A DNA stretch of 37,307 nucleotides from Roseomonas sp. (GCA_044356095.1 JBIKWX010000001.1:1-37307), one strand, 5' to 3'. Shown: positions 17,403 through 26,751, counted from the stretch's first letter. The notes: a model not told the origin generated them from the letters alone. A program made the numbers and translations.

Positions 17403-18314
17403 ATGTTGCGCTGTTTCTTTTCGTCAGCACGCACGCTCGCCATCGCCACCCTCGCGCTCTCAGCGAGCCCGGCCCTCGCGCAAAAGGAAATCGCCATCCG
17501 CTTCGCCGCGCAGGTGAACGGCGCCGGCTTCGCCTGCGGGCAGAGCTATTCCGGCCTCGGCAGCACGAACGCCACGGCGACACCGACTGACTTCCGCTTC
17601 TACGTCCACAACGTGCATCTGCTGCGCGCCGACGGCACCGCCGTGCCGGTCACGCTGGCCGAGACGCCCTGGCAGCGCGACGGCGTGGCGCTGCTGGACT
17701 TCGAGAACGGCCAAGGCCCCTGTGCACAGGGTGGCAACGCCCCGGTGAATGAGGCGCTCCGCGGCAGTGTCACGCCAGGCTCCTATACTGGCATCCGCTT
17801 CACCTTGGGTGTGCCTGAGCGTCACAACCACCAGGATGCGACGGTGGCGCCAAGCCCCTTCAACCTGACTGCAATGTTCTGGAATTGGCAGAATGGCTAC
17901 AAGTTCGTGAAGGTCGATTTCCAGGTCGGCAGCGCCACGCCAAGCGCTGCAAGCGCGCCTGCCCATGGGGGTGCCGCTGGTGAAGGCGGCTTTTCACTGC
18001 ATCTTGGCAGCACGCAATGTGTCGCTGCGGCGCCTACCCAGCCGGGGCGCGATTGTCGGAACCCGAATCGCCCTGTCATTACGCTGAGCGGGTTTGATCC
18101 GTTGAGCGCGCCGGTGATCGCGGACATCGGCCCAGTGCTGGCGGGCGTTGACATCACGCGCAATACGCAGGGTACGCCACCCGGCTGCATGTCCTTCCCG
18201 AACGACCCGGAATGCCGGACGGTGCTCCCCGCGCTCGGCCTACCCTACATGGACGTTCCGGCGGGCGAGCAGCGCTTCTTTCGCGTCCAAACGCTGCGCC
18301 AGGCGGCACGATGA
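17403..18314 (+). CDS. mbnP: MbnP family (metallo-mystery pair) protein
   Basis: DFRFYVHNV, WQ..GVALLDFE, FTLGVP..NH, MFWNWQNGYKF (WxW), HLGSTQC, GCMS; six Cys in the mature protein. Confidence 0.88.
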   Translation: MLRCFFSSARTLAIATLALSASPALAQKEIAIRFAAQVNGAGFACGQSYSGLGSTNATATPTDFRFYVHNVHLLRADGTAVPVTLAETPWQRDGVALLDFENGQGPCAQGGNAPVNEALRGSVTPGSYTGIRFTLGVPERHNHQDATVAPSPFNLTAMFWNWQNGYKFVKVDFQVGSATPSAASAPAHGGAAGEGGFSLHLGSTQCVAAAPTQPGRDCRNPNRPVITLSGFDPLSAPVIADIGPVLAGVDITRNTQGTPPGCMSFPNDPECRTVLPALGLPYMDVPAGEQRFFRVQTLRQAAR

Positions 18315-19390
18315 GGCGCTTCGCCGCGATCCTGCTCGCGGCGGGGCTGCTCTGCGGCGCCTGGGCCGGCAGTGCAAGCACCACGTTGTGGGACTGGCGC
18401 CTGCCGGCCTGGGTGCCGACGCCCGCGCTCGACCGTCCGCTTACTGCGGCAGAGGTCGAGCTAGGCCGCTGGCTGTTCCATGATGTGCGCCTGTCTCGCG
18501 ACGAGACCATGTCCTGCGCAAGCTGCCATCAGCAGGCGCGAGCCTTCACTGTGAATCGCGCGACCGTGCCGGGCGTGGATGGCTCGAAGGGCCTCAAGAA
18601 CCCGATGAGCCTCGTAAACCTTGCCTGGACGCCGGTGCTGACCTGGGCGAACCCGGCGCAGACCAGCCTTGAGCGGCAGGCGCTGATCCCGCTGTTCAGC
18701 GACCATCCGGTAGAGATGGGCATGTCGGGCCGCGAGGAGCTTCTGTTCGCGCGCCTTGCCGAGGATCCGCGCTACCCGCCGATGTTTGCCGCCGCCTTTC
18801 CGGATCGCGAAGGTGCCATCATGCTCGAGACGCTGACACGCGCGCTCGCCGCCTTCCAGCGCGCCATCGCCGGCTTCGACAGCCCCTATGACCGCTATCG
18901 CTGGGGGGGCCAGCGCAACGCCATCAGCGCCTCGGCCCGGCGCGGCGAGCGACTGTTCTTCGGCGAGCGGCTCGAATGCTACCACTGCCATGGCGGCTTC
19001 CTGTTCTCCGACAACGTGATGCATGCGCGGCTGATCGCTCCAGAGGTCGGCTTCCACGACACCGGCGTGGCGCGGACGGGCGGCATCGGCGAGCACACCG
19101 GCGATGCGCGGCAGATTGGCGCCTTCCGCACGCCGTCCCTGCGCAACATCGCGCTGACCGCGCCCTACATGCATGACGGCAGCATGGCGGCGCTGGACGA
19201 CGTAATCCACCACTACGAGCGCGGCGGGCGGCACCGCGGGTCGCATACATCGTCCTTGCTCGCCGGCTTCCGCCTGACGTCGCAGGATCGACGCGACCTG
19301 ATCGCTTTCCTGGAAAGCCTGACCGACCACGGGATGACGACCGATCCGCGTTTCGCTGACCCCTTCAACAACAAGGAGACACGCCCATGA
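18311..19390 (+). CDS. mbnH: MbnH family di-heme enzyme (MauG/bCcP superfamily)
   Basis: Two heme motifs CASCH and CYHCH, LTWANP, PVEMG, FRTPSLRNIALTAPYMHDGS; ATGA overlap with mbnP. Confidence 0.9.
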   Translation: MRRFAAILLAAGLLCGAWAGSASTTLWDWRLPAWVPTPALDRPLTAAEVELGRWLFHDVRLSRDETMSCASCHQQARAFTVNRATVPGVDGSKGLKNPMSLVNLAWTPVLTWANPAQTSLERQALIPLFSDHPVEMGMSGREELLFARLAEDPRYPPMFAAAFPDREGAIMLETLTRALAAFQRAIAGFDSPYDRYRWGGQRNAISASARRGERLFFGERLECYHCHGGFLFSDNVMHARLIAPEVGFHDTGVARTGGIGEHTGDARQIGAFRTPSLRNIALTAPYMHDGSMAALDDVIHHYERGGRHRGSHTSSLLAGFRLTSQDRRDLIAFLESLTDHGMTTDPRFADPFNNKETRP

Positions 19391-20091
19391 GGCGTTGGGT
19401 ACCCTTTGCCATCGCAAGCTTCATGCTGACGCCTTTCGCGTTTTGGCTGGGGCTCGGGCTTTTCGGGCCGGGTGGTGCGGCAGTGCGGATAGATACAAGG
19501 CTGGGTGCCGTACTGCTGAGCGCTTCCCTTCCGCTCGCAGGGCTGTTTTGGATCCAGAACCTGCGCCAGCTTGGGGATTCCATTGGGGCGGCCTCCCGCC
19601 TGCGTATTGCCGCACGCCTAGCCGGCCTATTGCCATTGGCCATTTTGGGGATTGGCGCGCTTGGCGCCGCTTGGCTGCTGGTAACGGGAACTGACCATCT
19701 CGAGCCATTTCTCGCCCTGCTTGGTACTTTGGCCATGGCAGGTTTCGGGTGGCAGATAGCCCGCAGCCCGGTGGAGCCTGGTTGCGTGATCATCGCTGCG
19801 CCCGCCCAAGCCGATGATGGTGAGGCAGGATTTGCCGCGCTGATTGTGCTGGGCAATATTGCGCTGACCCTGACATTACTGGCCCTTTACTGGACGCCTT
19901 GGGTCTTTTTCTGGGCAGTTCTTGCTCTGGTGCCGGCGCCCTTCGTGCTGATGGTGCGACTTGCCTGGTGGGCGGCGCAAAGCGATGTTCGCGAAGCCCC
20001 CCTCAGTCCCCTACCACGCGCGCCAGCGAACGATCGGGGGGCAGGAGCCAAAGGTGAGCGCCTGCGGAAGGGTAGCGCGATGGTGGCCTGA
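19387..20091 (+). CDS. Hypothetical integral membrane protein (about 6 TM)
   Basis: Multiple hydrophobic segments; ATGA overlap with mbnH; AAGGAG upstream. Confidence 0.65.
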   Translation: MRRWVPFAIASFMLTPFAFWLGLGLFGPGGAAVRIDTRLGAVLLSASLPLAGLFWIQNLRQLGDSIGAASRLRIAARLAGLLPLAILGIGALGAAWLLVTGTDHLEPFLALLGTLAMAGFGWQIARSPVEPGCVIIAAPAQADDGEAGFAALIVLGNIALTLTLLALYWTPWVFFWAVLALVPAPFVLMVRLAWWAAQSDVREAPLSPLPRAPANDRGAGAKGERLRKGSAMVA

Positions 20092-20271
20092 GATACTGCC
20101 ACCGCTTTGGCGTGCGGGTCTCCCACGGGCGCAGCCAGCCGCGCTATCGGCAATAAGTGGTCATGATTGGCGTCGAGCCACCAAAGTTCCTCAACTCGCT
20201 TGCCTTTGGCCCCCTTTCGGGCCAAAGAGCCCTTCGATCCTTCACTCCTGATTCTGCATGGAGGGCCTCGC

Positions 20272-20553
20272 ATGGCCTCGTCCTTCGACCGTATCGCCGA
20301 TATCATCGCTGAAAACAGCGAAGTCCCGCGGGATAAGATCCTGCCCGATAGCCATGTGATCAATGATCTTGGCATTGATAGCCTGGATTTCCTGGATATC
20401 GTCTTCGCCATTGACAAGGCCTTCGGCATCAAGGTGCCGGTGGAAGCCTGGACGCAGGAAGTGAATGCGGGCAATGCGCCGGCGGAAAAGTATTTCGTCA
20501 TGAAGAACCTGGCCGAGCGTGTGGATGAGCTGGTTGCGGCCAAGGCCGGCTGA
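20272..20553 (+). CDS. acpXL: Specialised acyl carrier protein AcpXL
   Basis: [23 protein letters not shown]...WTQEVN...YFVMKNLA closely resembles rhizobial AcpXL; GGAGG before ATG 20272. Confidence 0.92.
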   Translation: MASSFDRIADIIAENSEVPRDKILPDSHVINDLGIDSLDFLDIVFAIDKAFGIKVPVEAWTQEVNAGNAPAEKYFVMKNLAERVDELVAAKAG

Positions 20554-20600
20554 CCAAATCACCCAGCCACGCGCCACCGAAACCACGGACCCCTGACGCG

Positions 20601-21047
20601 ATGCGCCTGGAATATTTCCAGATGATAGATCGGGTGGCAGCGCGCGAAGGCGATGCCATCATTGTGGAAAGCCGCATCCCGGATGCTTCCCCGGTGTTTG
20701 AAGGGCATTTCCCCGGCCATCCGCTGATGCCTGGTGTGTTGTTGGTGGAAACCATGGCGCAGGCTTCCGGCTGGCTTTTGCTCGATCTGATGGGGTTTGC
20801 GCGCATGCCCTTTCTGATGGCGGTGAAGGAAGCGAAATTCCGCAGCTTCATCGGCCCCGGCACCTTGGTGCGCGTGCATGCCAAGCGCCTGCATGACGGA
20901 TCAGGCTTTGCGGTGACCGAGGCGCGGATTGAAACCGATGGCAAGCGCATTACCGATGCGGAACTGACCTTCCGCATCATGGATTACCCTGCGCCGGAAT
21001 TGGCCGATGCCATGCGCGGGCGGGGCCGGGAATTGGGGCTGCTATGA
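20601..21047 (+). CDS. fabZXL: 3-hydroxyacyl-ACP dehydratase (FabZXL)
   Basis: MRLEYFQMIDR, FEGHFPGHPLMPGVLLVETMAQ; position in cluster. Confidence 0.88.
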   Translation: MRLEYFQMIDRVAAREGDAIIVESRIPDASPVFEGHFPGHPLMPGVLLVETMAQASGWLLLDLMGFARMPFLMAVKEAKFRSFIGPGTLVRVHAKRLHDGSGFAVTEARIETDGKRITDAELTFRIMDYPAPELADAMRGRGRELGLL

Positions 21048-22219
21048 CAAGGCGCGATGTCGTCATTACCGGGATTGGGCTGGTATCCTCCTTGGGTGAG
21101 GGGCCTGAGGCGCATTGGGAAGCGCTGACCAAGGGCGCCAAGCCCGTGGTGGATGTGGCAAGCTTCGCGCCCTTCCCGGTGCATCCGCTGCCGGCGCTCA
21201 GCCTGGATGCGCAAATCCCGAAAAAGGGTGACCAGCGCCAGATGGAGCCCTGGCAGCGGCTTGGCACCTATGCCGCCGGGCTCGCGATTGACCATGCCGG
21301 GGCGCGCGGCCTTGTTGCCGATATGCATTTGGTGGTGGCCGCCGGCGGTGGGGAACGTGACATCGCGGTAGATGAGGCGGTGACAGCGGCACTGACCAGT
21401 GCTGCACCGGAAGCATCCGGCGCGTTGCTGAATGAGAAGTTGGCCACTGAATTGCGGCCCACGTTGTTTTTGGCGCAGCTTTCCAACCTGCTCGCGGGCA
21501 ATATCTCGATCGTGCATGGCGTGACGGGATCATCGCGCACGCTGATGGGCGAAGAGGAAGCGGCGGCGGATGCCATCCGCATTGCCGCCGCGCGCCTGGC
21601 GGAAGGGCGCGGCGAGATTGCCTTGGTGGGCGGCGCTTTTGCGTCTCAGCGCTGGGATATGGTGCTGCTTTATGCGCCGGGTGGCGTGCTGTGGCAGGGC
21701 GATTACGCGCCGGTTTCCGCGCGGGGCGACGCGGGCGGTTTGATCCTGGGCGGCATGGCGGCGTTTCTGGTGCTTGAGACAGCAGAACATGCGCGGGCGC
21801 GCGGTGCCACGGCACTCGCGCGGATTGGCGGCATTGCGAGCGACGCAGCGCATCAGCGCGGGGGCGGCGGCAGTGCCGCGGCGGCATCTGCGCTTTGGCA
21901 GGGCATGGCAGCGCCGCAAGCAGGGCTTGGCGTGATTTCCGGCATGACCGGTGTCGCGGAAGCGCGGCTTGAAGAAGAAGCCTTCCTGGCGGGGCTGGGC
22001 AGTGTGCCGGTGCGGCGCAGTGCATCCCTACTTGGGCATGGGGTGGAGGCGAGCTTCCCGGCCAATGTAGCGCTCGCGGCACTCGCGCTGTCGCGCGGTG
22101 GATTTTATCCGGCAATGGACCCCGCCGATGCCGGCGATGGCACAGTGGAGCGCATTCTGGTGACCGGCTTCGGCCAATGGCGCGGTGAAGCGCTTGCGCT
22201 ACTGGAGAAAGCGCCATGA
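21044..22219 (+). CDS. fabF2XL: Beta-ketoacyl-ACP synthase-like subunit lacking the catalytic Cys (FabF2XL)
   Basis: KKGDQRQMEPWQRLG, LRPTLFLAQLSNLLAGNISIVH; TLMGEE where TAC is expected. Confidence 0.82.
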   Translation: MTRRDVVITGIGLVSSLGEGPEAHWEALTKGAKPVVDVASFAPFPVHPLPALSLDAQIPKKGDQRQMEPWQRLGTYAAGLAIDHAGARGLVADMHLVVAAGGGERDIAVDEAVTAALTSAAPEASGALLNEKLATELRPTLFLAQLSNLLAGNISIVHGVTGSSRTLMGEEEAAADAIRIAAARLAEGRGEIALVGGAFASQRWDMVLLYAPGGVLWQGDYAPVSARGDAGGLILGGMAAFLVLETAEHARARGATALARIGGIASDAAHQRGGGGSAAAASALWQGMAAPQAGLGVISGMTGVAEARLEEEAFLAGLGSVPVRRSASLLGHGVEASFPANVALAALALSRGGFYPAMDPADAGDGTVERILVTGFGQWRGEALALLEKAP

Positions 22220-23475
22220 AGGACCATCTGGGCCGCCCCTTGGTGGCGGTGACGGGGATTGGGCTGGTGAGCCCGCTCGGTTGGGGGCTTGATAAGAATT
22301 GGGCGGCGCTGCTGGCCGGCACTTCCGGCATTACGCGCATTCGCCGCTTCGCCACCGATCATCTGAAAACCACCATGGCCGGCACGGTGGATTTGCCGGA
22401 AGAAATCGCGGGCGCCGATCCCGTGCCTGCGCCGGTGCGTGTGGAACGCATGGCCGCAGCCGCGATTGCCGAAGCACTGGTCGCGGCAGGCTTGAAGGAA
22501 GGCGCCTTTGACGGGCCGCTCATGCTCGGCATGCCACCGGTCGAGATGGAATGGCCGCAGCGTGTGGCACTCGCCCGGCGTTCGGGTGGGCCAGGCCATG
22601 CCGCGCTTTCGGTCGCGAGTATCGGTCAGCGCGATTTGTATGAGACATTTTTGTATGGCGGCGTCGGCGAAAGGCTCGCCTTGCGCTTCGGCACCAAGGG
22701 CGCGCCGATTGCCATCACCACCGCCTGCGCCACCGGCGCTTCCGCCATTCAACTGGGTGTGGAAGCCATCCAGCGCGGTGAAGCGAAATCCGCCATTGCG
22801 CTTGGCACGGATGGATCGGTGCAGCCGGAAGCGGTGATCCGCTTTTCGCTGCTCTCCGCGCTAACATCCCGCAATGAAGACCCCACCAAGGCGTCGCGGC
22901 CTTTTGAGAAATCCCGCGATGGTTTTGTGATGAGCGAAGGTGCGGCGGCGCTGATCCTGGAAGATCTGGACCATGCCCGCGCGCGCGGGGCGACGGTGAT
23001 CGGCCTGGTCAGTGGCTGTGGCGAAAGGGCGGATAATTTCCACCGCACACGATCGAACCCAGATGGGTCTTCCATCATTGGCGCCATGAGGAACGCCATT
23101 GCCGATGCCGGCCTGCAGCCTGGCGATATCGGCTATGTGAATGCCCATGGCACCAGCACGCCGGAGAATGACAAGATGGAAGCGCTTGGCATGCGCGCGG
23201 TATTTGGTGAGGCGCCGCCGCCGATATCCTCCAATAAATCCATGATCGGGCACACGCTTTCTGCCGCTGGCGCGATTGAAGCGGCCTTCAGCCTGCTGAC
23301 GCTGCGTGACCAAATCCTGCCGCCCACCATCAATCATGTGGAACCGGACCCGACGCTTGGGCTGGATGTGGTGCCGAATGAAGCACGGCGGGTTTCCGGC
23401 TTGCGCCATGTGCTGTCCAATTCCTTTGGCTTTGGCGGGCAGAATGTCTGCCTGGTGCTGAGCGCCGCGCCATGA
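22216..23475 (+). CDS. fabF1XL: Beta-ketoacyl-ACP synthase II (FabF1XL)
   Basis: TTACATG, NAHGTST, SNKSMIGHTL, SNSFGFGGQN. Confidence 0.88.
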   Translation: MKDHLGRPLVAVTGIGLVSPLGWGLDKNWAALLAGTSGITRIRRFATDHLKTTMAGTVDLPEEIAGADPVPAPVRVERMAAAAIAEALVAAGLKEGAFDGPLMLGMPPVEMEWPQRVALARRSGGPGHAALSVASIGQRDLYETFLYGGVGERLALRFGTKGAPIAITTACATGASAIQLGVEAIQRGEAKSAIALGTDGSVQPEAVIRFSLLSALTSRNEDPTKASRPFEKSRDGFVMSEGAAALILEDLDHARARGATVIGLVSGCGERADNFHRTRSNPDGSSIIGAMRNAIADAGLQPGDIGYVNAHGTSTPENDKMEALGMRAVFGEAPPPISSNKSMIGHTLSAAGAIEAAFSLLTLRDQILPPTINHVEPDPTLGLDVVPNEARRVSGLRHVLSNSFGFGGQNVCLVLSAAP

Positions 23476-24497
23476 TGCGTGCCCTTCGCCTGCATGGGGA
23501 TCGCGACCTTCGCCTTGAGCATATCGCGCCGCCGCCGCCGCCGGCAGCGCATGAGGTGCAGCTTCGCATCCGTGCTGTTGCGCTGAACCATATTGATGTC
23601 TGGGGCTTTCGCGGCATGGCCTTCGCCAAGCGCAACCTGCCGCTGACGGTGGGCGCGGAAGCGGTTGGTGAGATTGTCGCGGTTGGGTCCGGCGTGACGG
23701 GCTGGAAGATTGGCGATCACGTCGCGCCCTATGGCGCCGCGACCTGTGGCGTCTGCAAGGCGTGTCGTGAAGGGCGCGATAATCTTTGCGAAGATGTTGG
23801 CGGCGTGAAGGGCTTCCATTTGGATGGCTTCGCGCAGGAGCTGATGAACCAGGATGCGCGGCTTCTGGTGCGCGTGCCGGATGCGCTTTCCTTCGAAGAT
23901 GCCGCTTGCGGGCCAATCACCTTTTCCACTGTTGAACACATGCTGTTCGACAATGCGAAATTGGAAGCGGGTGAGACCATCCTGATTCATGCTGCTGGTT
24001 CCGGCATTGGCACGGTGGCGGTGCGCATTGCCAAGGATCTGGGTTGCACCGTGATCGCGACTGCGGGCGATGATGAGAAATGCGCCAAGGCCAAGGCTTT
24101 GGGCGCAGATCATGTGGTGAATTACGCGACGCAAAATTTCCCGACGGTGGCGCGGCGCGTCACCGGCAAGCGCGGCGTGGATGTGGTGTTTGAACATGTC
24201 GGCGCTTCCACCTGGTCTGGCAGCTTGCTCTCGCTCAAGATGGGTGGGCGGCTGGTGACCTGCGGGTCCACCTCGGGGGTTTCGGCGGAAACCAATCTGA
24301 TGATGCTGTTTCAGCGACAGTTGCGCATCTTCGGGTCCTTTGGCGCTTCCATGCGCAATATCGCCGATGGCTACGCGAAAATGGCGCGCGGTATTCTGCC
24401 GGTGCTGGATACGGTGGTGCCGCTCGAGCGGTTCTCGGAAGGGCTGGAACGGCTGGAAAGCCGCCGCGTCTTTGGCAAGATCGTGGTGACGCTGTGA
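23472..24497 (+). CDS. adhA2XL: Zinc-binding MDR dehydrogenase/reductase (AdhA2XL)
   Basis: Structural Zn site CGVCKACREGRDNLC, AAGSGIG, VFEHVG, FGKIVV; position in cluster. Confidence 0.82.
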   Translation: MMRALRLHGDRDLRLEHIAPPPPPAAHEVQLRIRAVALNHIDVWGFRGMAFAKRNLPLTVGAEAVGEIVAVGSGVTGWKIGDHVAPYGAATCGVCKACREGRDNLCEDVGGVKGFHLDGFAQELMNQDARLLVRVPDALSFEDAACGPITFSTVEHMLFDNAKLEAGETILIHAAGSGIGTVAVRIAKDLGCTVIATAGDDEKCAKAKALGADHVVNYATQNFPTVARRVTGKRGVDVVFEHVGASTWSGSLLSLKMGGRLVTCGSTSGVSAETNLMMLFQRQLRIFGSFGASMRNIADGYAKMARGILPVLDTVVPLERFSEGLERLESRRVFGKIVVTL

Positions 24498-24516
24498 AGC
24501 GCGCCGCGCGACGCGG

Positions 24517-25395
24517 ATGAATTTTCTGATCGGGCTGGCGTTGCGCGCGGGCTTCGGCCTGCTGCGACTGCTTGGGCCGCGCCTTGCCCCAGCGCTTGGC
24601 GCCTTTCTGGCGCGCAATCTGGGACCGATCACGCCGGCGCATCGCATCGGGCGGGACAATATCGCCGCAGCCTTCCCCGAAAAATCCGCCGCTGAACGTG
24701 CTGCCATTTTGCGCGAAGCCTGGGACAATCTGGGCCGCACGGCCTGCGAATATGTGCATATGGATCGGATTTGGGATTTCGATCCCGAAAACCCGAAACC
24801 GGGCGGGCATATCAGTGCCTCGGCGGAAACGGTCGCGCTTTATGAAAGGCTGCGCGATGACGGCAAGCCCGCCATCGTGTTTTCCGCGCATCTCGCGAAT
24901 TGGGAATTGCCGGCGGTTGCGGCGGCCAAGCATGGTATTGATAGCGCCGTTCTGTATCGCACGCCGAATAATGCCGCGGTGGCGCGGGAAATCCTCAGGC
25001 TGCGCGCTGATAGCATGGGGGTATTGGTGCCGGCGGGCATGGGGGCGCCGCTACGCTTGGCGCGGGCTTTGGAAGCCGGGCAGCATATCGGCATGCTGGT
25101 GGATCAGCGCTTTGGGCGCGGCCCGCGCGTGATGTTCATGGGGCGCGAAGCCGCCGCCAATCCGCTGCTCGCGCAATTGGCCAGGCGCTATGATTGCCCG
25201 GTGCATGGCGCCCGCGCCATTCGCCTGCCCGGCGGGCGCTTTCGGCTGGAACTGACCGAAGAAATCGCCATGCCGCGTGATGCGGAGGGTTTGATTGACA
25301 TCAACGCCGCCACGCAAAAAATGAATGAGGTAATCGAAGCCTGGGTCAGGGAATATCCCGGCCAATGGCTTTGGATGCATCGCCGCTGGCGATAA
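24517..25395 (+). CDS. lpxXL: Lipid A very-long-chain acyltransferase (LpxXL/HtrB family)
   Basis: AHLANWE, MLVDQ, WVREYPGQWLWMHRRWR; last gene of the cluster. Confidence 0.88.
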   Translation: MNFLIGLALRAGFGLLRLLGPRLAPALGAFLARNLGPITPAHRIGRDNIAAAFPEKSAAERAAILREAWDNLGRTACEYVHMDRIWDFDPENPKPGGHISASAETVALYERLRDDGKPAIVFSAHLANWELPAVAAAKHGIDSAVLYRTPNNAAVAREILRLRADSMGVLVPAGMGAPLRLARALEAGQHIGMLVDQRFGRGPRVMFMGREAAANPLLAQLARRYDCPVHGARAIRLPGGRFRLELTEEIAMPRDAEGLIDINAATQKMNEVIEAWVREYPGQWLWMHRRWR

Positions 25396-25422
25396 TGCGC
25401 TTCGTGTGAAAGGCGGGGTTTC

Positions 25423-26751
25423 ATGCTCACAATTCGGCGCGCCACACCGATTGCGGAACTGGAACGCGGCGCGGTTTTTGAAGCGGAAGATACGCTGAAT
25501 GCTTCAAGCGTCGCGGCGTTTTCTGTGCTTTTCGGCCTGGATGACAAGGCTGTGCCAGCGCGCGCCGCGGGCGCCCTGATTGCGCATGTGATCACCACAC
25601 GATTTCCGGGGCCTGGCAGCCGGATCATGGCCGAAAACCTTCGCTATGGCGGCAGCATGGCGGAAGGCGATGTGCTGAAAACGGGCCTGGTGGTCTTGGA
25701 TGTGGATCAGGGTGCGGGCGTTGCTCGGCTTGCCTGCCGCGTCACTGGCCCTCAAGGCGTGGTGCTGGCGGAAGGCGAGATCGAGGTATTGCCGCCCACC
25801 ACCGCCGAAGAACGCGCGCTGCCGCAAATGACCGGGCTTGGGCCCCATGCGGGCAAGGTCATGGCGGACCTTTTCGCACGCTGCCGCGCCCTGCCGCCCG
25901 TGCCGACGGCTGTTGCGCATCCCTGCGATGCGGAAAGCCTGCGCGGGGCGATCCTGGCGGCGCAGCAAGGGCTGATCACGCCAATCCTGACAGGGCCGGA
26001 GGCGCGGATACGCGCCATAGCGGCCAAGGAATCGCTCGATCTTTCTGGCATTGCGCTGATTGGCACGGAACATAGCCATGCGGCAGCCGAAGCGGCGGTG
26101 GCACTGGTGCGGGAAGGCCGGGCGGCGGCGCTGATGAAGGGCAGCCTGCACACCGATGAACTGCTGGGGGCGGCCTTGGCCAAGGAAGCGGGATTGCGCA
26201 CAGAACGGCGCGTGAGCCATGCCTTTGTGCTGGATGCGCCGCTTTACCCCAGGCCGCTGATCATCACAGATGCCGCGGTGAATATCGCGCCCGATCTGGA
26301 AGCCAAGGCGGATATCCTCCGCAACGCCATCAGGCTGGCGCAGGCGATTGGTATCGCAACACCCAAGGTTGCGATCCTTGCGGCAGTGGAGACCGTGACA
26401 CCCAAGATGCAGGCCACTTTGGATGCGGCGGCGCTTTGCAAAATGGCGGAACGCGGGCAGATCACGGGGGGTCTGCTGGATGGGCCGCTGGCCTTTGATA
26501 ATGCGATCAGCCCCGTGGCGGTGGCGGCCAAGGGGATACAATCCCCGGTTGCGGGTCAGGCCGATATCCTGCTGGTGCCGGATTTGGAGGCGGGGAATAT
26601 GCTCGCCAAGCAATTGGCGTATCTCGGGGGCGCGGAATCGGCTGGGATTGTGTTGGGGCTGCGCGTGCCCATGGCGCTGACCAGCCGGGCGGATAATGCC
26701 ATGGCGCGGCTGGCCTCGGCGGCCTTGTTGCGGCTGATGGCGCCGGTGTGA
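25423..26751 (+). CDS. MaoC-like hotdog domain fused to phosphate acetyl/butyryltransferase
   Basis: C-terminal LMKGSLHTDE, ITDAAVNIAP, DGPLAFDNA, VPDLEAGNMLAK, LTSRAD; N-terminal FPGPGS hotdog remnant. Confidence 0.88.
   Translation: MLTIRRATPIAELERGAVFEAEDTLNASSVAAFSVLFGLDDKAVPARAAGALIAHVITTRFPGPGSRIMAENLRYGGSMAEGDVLKTGLVVLDVDQGAGVARLACRVTGPQGVVLAEGEIEVLPPTTAEERALPQMTGLGPHAGKVMADLFARCRALPPVPTAVAHPCDAESLRGAILAAQQGLITPILTGPEARIRAIAAKESLDLSGIALIGTEHSHAAAEAAVALVREGRAAALMKGSLHTDELLGAALAKEAGLRTERRVSHAFVLDAPLYPRPLIITDAAVNIAPDLEAKADILRNAIRLAQAIGIATPKVAILAAVETVTPKMQATLDAAALCKMAERGQITGGLLDGPLAFDNAISPVAVAAKGIQSPVAGQADILLVPDLEAGNMLAKQLAYLGGAESAGIVLGLRVPMALTSRADNAMARLASAALLRLMAPV

Noticed and set aside
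17403-20091. Methanobactin biosynthetic cluster
   Set aside because: No MbnA precursor, MbnB or MbnC in the window; only the MbnP/MbnH pair.
20092-20271. Gene remnant or RNA element between the copper operon and acpXL
   Set aside because: No convincing ORF, repeat or stable structure recognised; probably promoter/junction sequence.
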